This document shows, piece by piece, positions 63,081 to 64,000 of a stretch of 64,000 nucleotides of DNA. The notes under the pieces were generated by a model that saw nothing but the letters and a program-made list of their open reading frames with translations, was not told where the DNA came from and did no database searches. The translations under genes and the position numbers were made by a program. The stretch is from the NCBI RefSeq assembly GCF_963921235.1, contig NC_086098.1, positions 8,060,001 to 8,124,000 of the forward strand. Direction: 5' to 3'. This DNA is from Mobula hypostoma. Its lineage: Eukaryota. Numbering within the stretch: the stretch's first letter is position 1; the number at the start of each line of letters is the position of its first letter.

Positions 63081-64000
63081 AAGAGTAGTTTTCTTTCCCA
63101 GAACAAGCACGGAGGTAAGCAGGAAGCATAGACATTGTTGTGGTTTTAGTCAAGTCTCACCAAGACTGGAAGGAGGGGAAGAGAGGTAAACACCACAACT
63201 GTGAAACACTAATCAGCTGAACACGCATACCCACGAACGTGATTGCGAAGCCCATTCCACAGCCCGCCTGTGAGGGAGCACCGCACGGACCCTGTGGCAG
63301 AGTCTGTGGTTGTGCCATAAAGCAAGATCAAGAGGTTCAGTTGTTGCTGAGACCAAACATCAGAATAGGGAAGAAATACGACTTTGACTGTGGAATGACC
63401 GTTGGTGCCAGATGGGCTGCTTTGAGAATCTCAGAAATTGCTGACCTTCTGGGATTTTCACGTATAGCAGTCTCTAGAGTTTATCGAGAATGGTGCGATA
63501 AACTAAAAAAATACATCCAGTGGGCAGCAATTTTGTGGGCAAAAATGTCTTGTTAGGTTATGAGAACACTCAGTCCTCTTTTATTGTCATTTAGAAATGC
63601 ATACATGCATTAAGAAATGATACAATGTTTCTCCGGCGTGATATCACAGAAAACAAGAGAAACTAAAGACTAACACTGACAGAACCACATAATTATAACA
63701 TATAGTTACAGCAGTGCAAAGTAATACCATAATTTGATGAAGAACAGTCCATAGGCACAGTAAAAAAAAATAGTCTCAGAGTCCCCAAGTCGATCGACTC
63801 CCGAGTCCATGATAGCGGCAGCAAAAGGGAGAAACTCGCTGTCATAAACCTCCAGGCACCGTCAACTTGCCGATACCTTGGAAGCAGCCGACCACAGCCG
63901 ACACTGAGTCCATCCGTCCGAAAACTCCGAGCTTCCGAGCAGCCTCTCCGATACAGCCTCCCGAGCGCCTTCGACCTCTCCCCAGCCGCTGAAACACGCA

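Overview
Eukaryotic, transposon-saturated non-coding DNA, probably intergenic or intronic. The repeat complement (CR1-type LINEs, V-domain SINEs, Rex1/Babar tails, Penelope pLTR fragments) points to a cartilaginous fish, most likely a ray; this is inference. No recognisable intact host gene was found. Main contents: a young 5'-truncated CR1 with an open 897-codon ORF2 (26.6-29.4 kb) and a near-identical second copy (9.3-10.3 kb); a Gypsy LTR element (44330-48498, 286-bp LTRs, tRNA-Trp PBS, CATT TSD) nested in an older Gypsy, itself inside a CR1 and probably an RTE-like element; a Chapaev3-type DNA transposon carrying a HERO-type retroposon with a fold-back hairpin at its 5' junction; an L1 fragment with a twin-priming 5' inversion and 14-bp TSD; an RNase H-bearing I/Nimb-type LINE; solo LTRs; Tc1/mariner and hAT MITEs; and many Penelope fragments with minimal hammerhead-ribozyme cores. 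Non-TE signals are a decayed histone H4 pseudogene, a few speculative minus-strand exons (one with a TSP1-like CSVSCGxG motif) and an unclassified three-copy old repeat. I see no clear evidence of a wholly new biological system. Family assignments come from recognised motifs, not database searches, and boundaries of old fragments are approximate.
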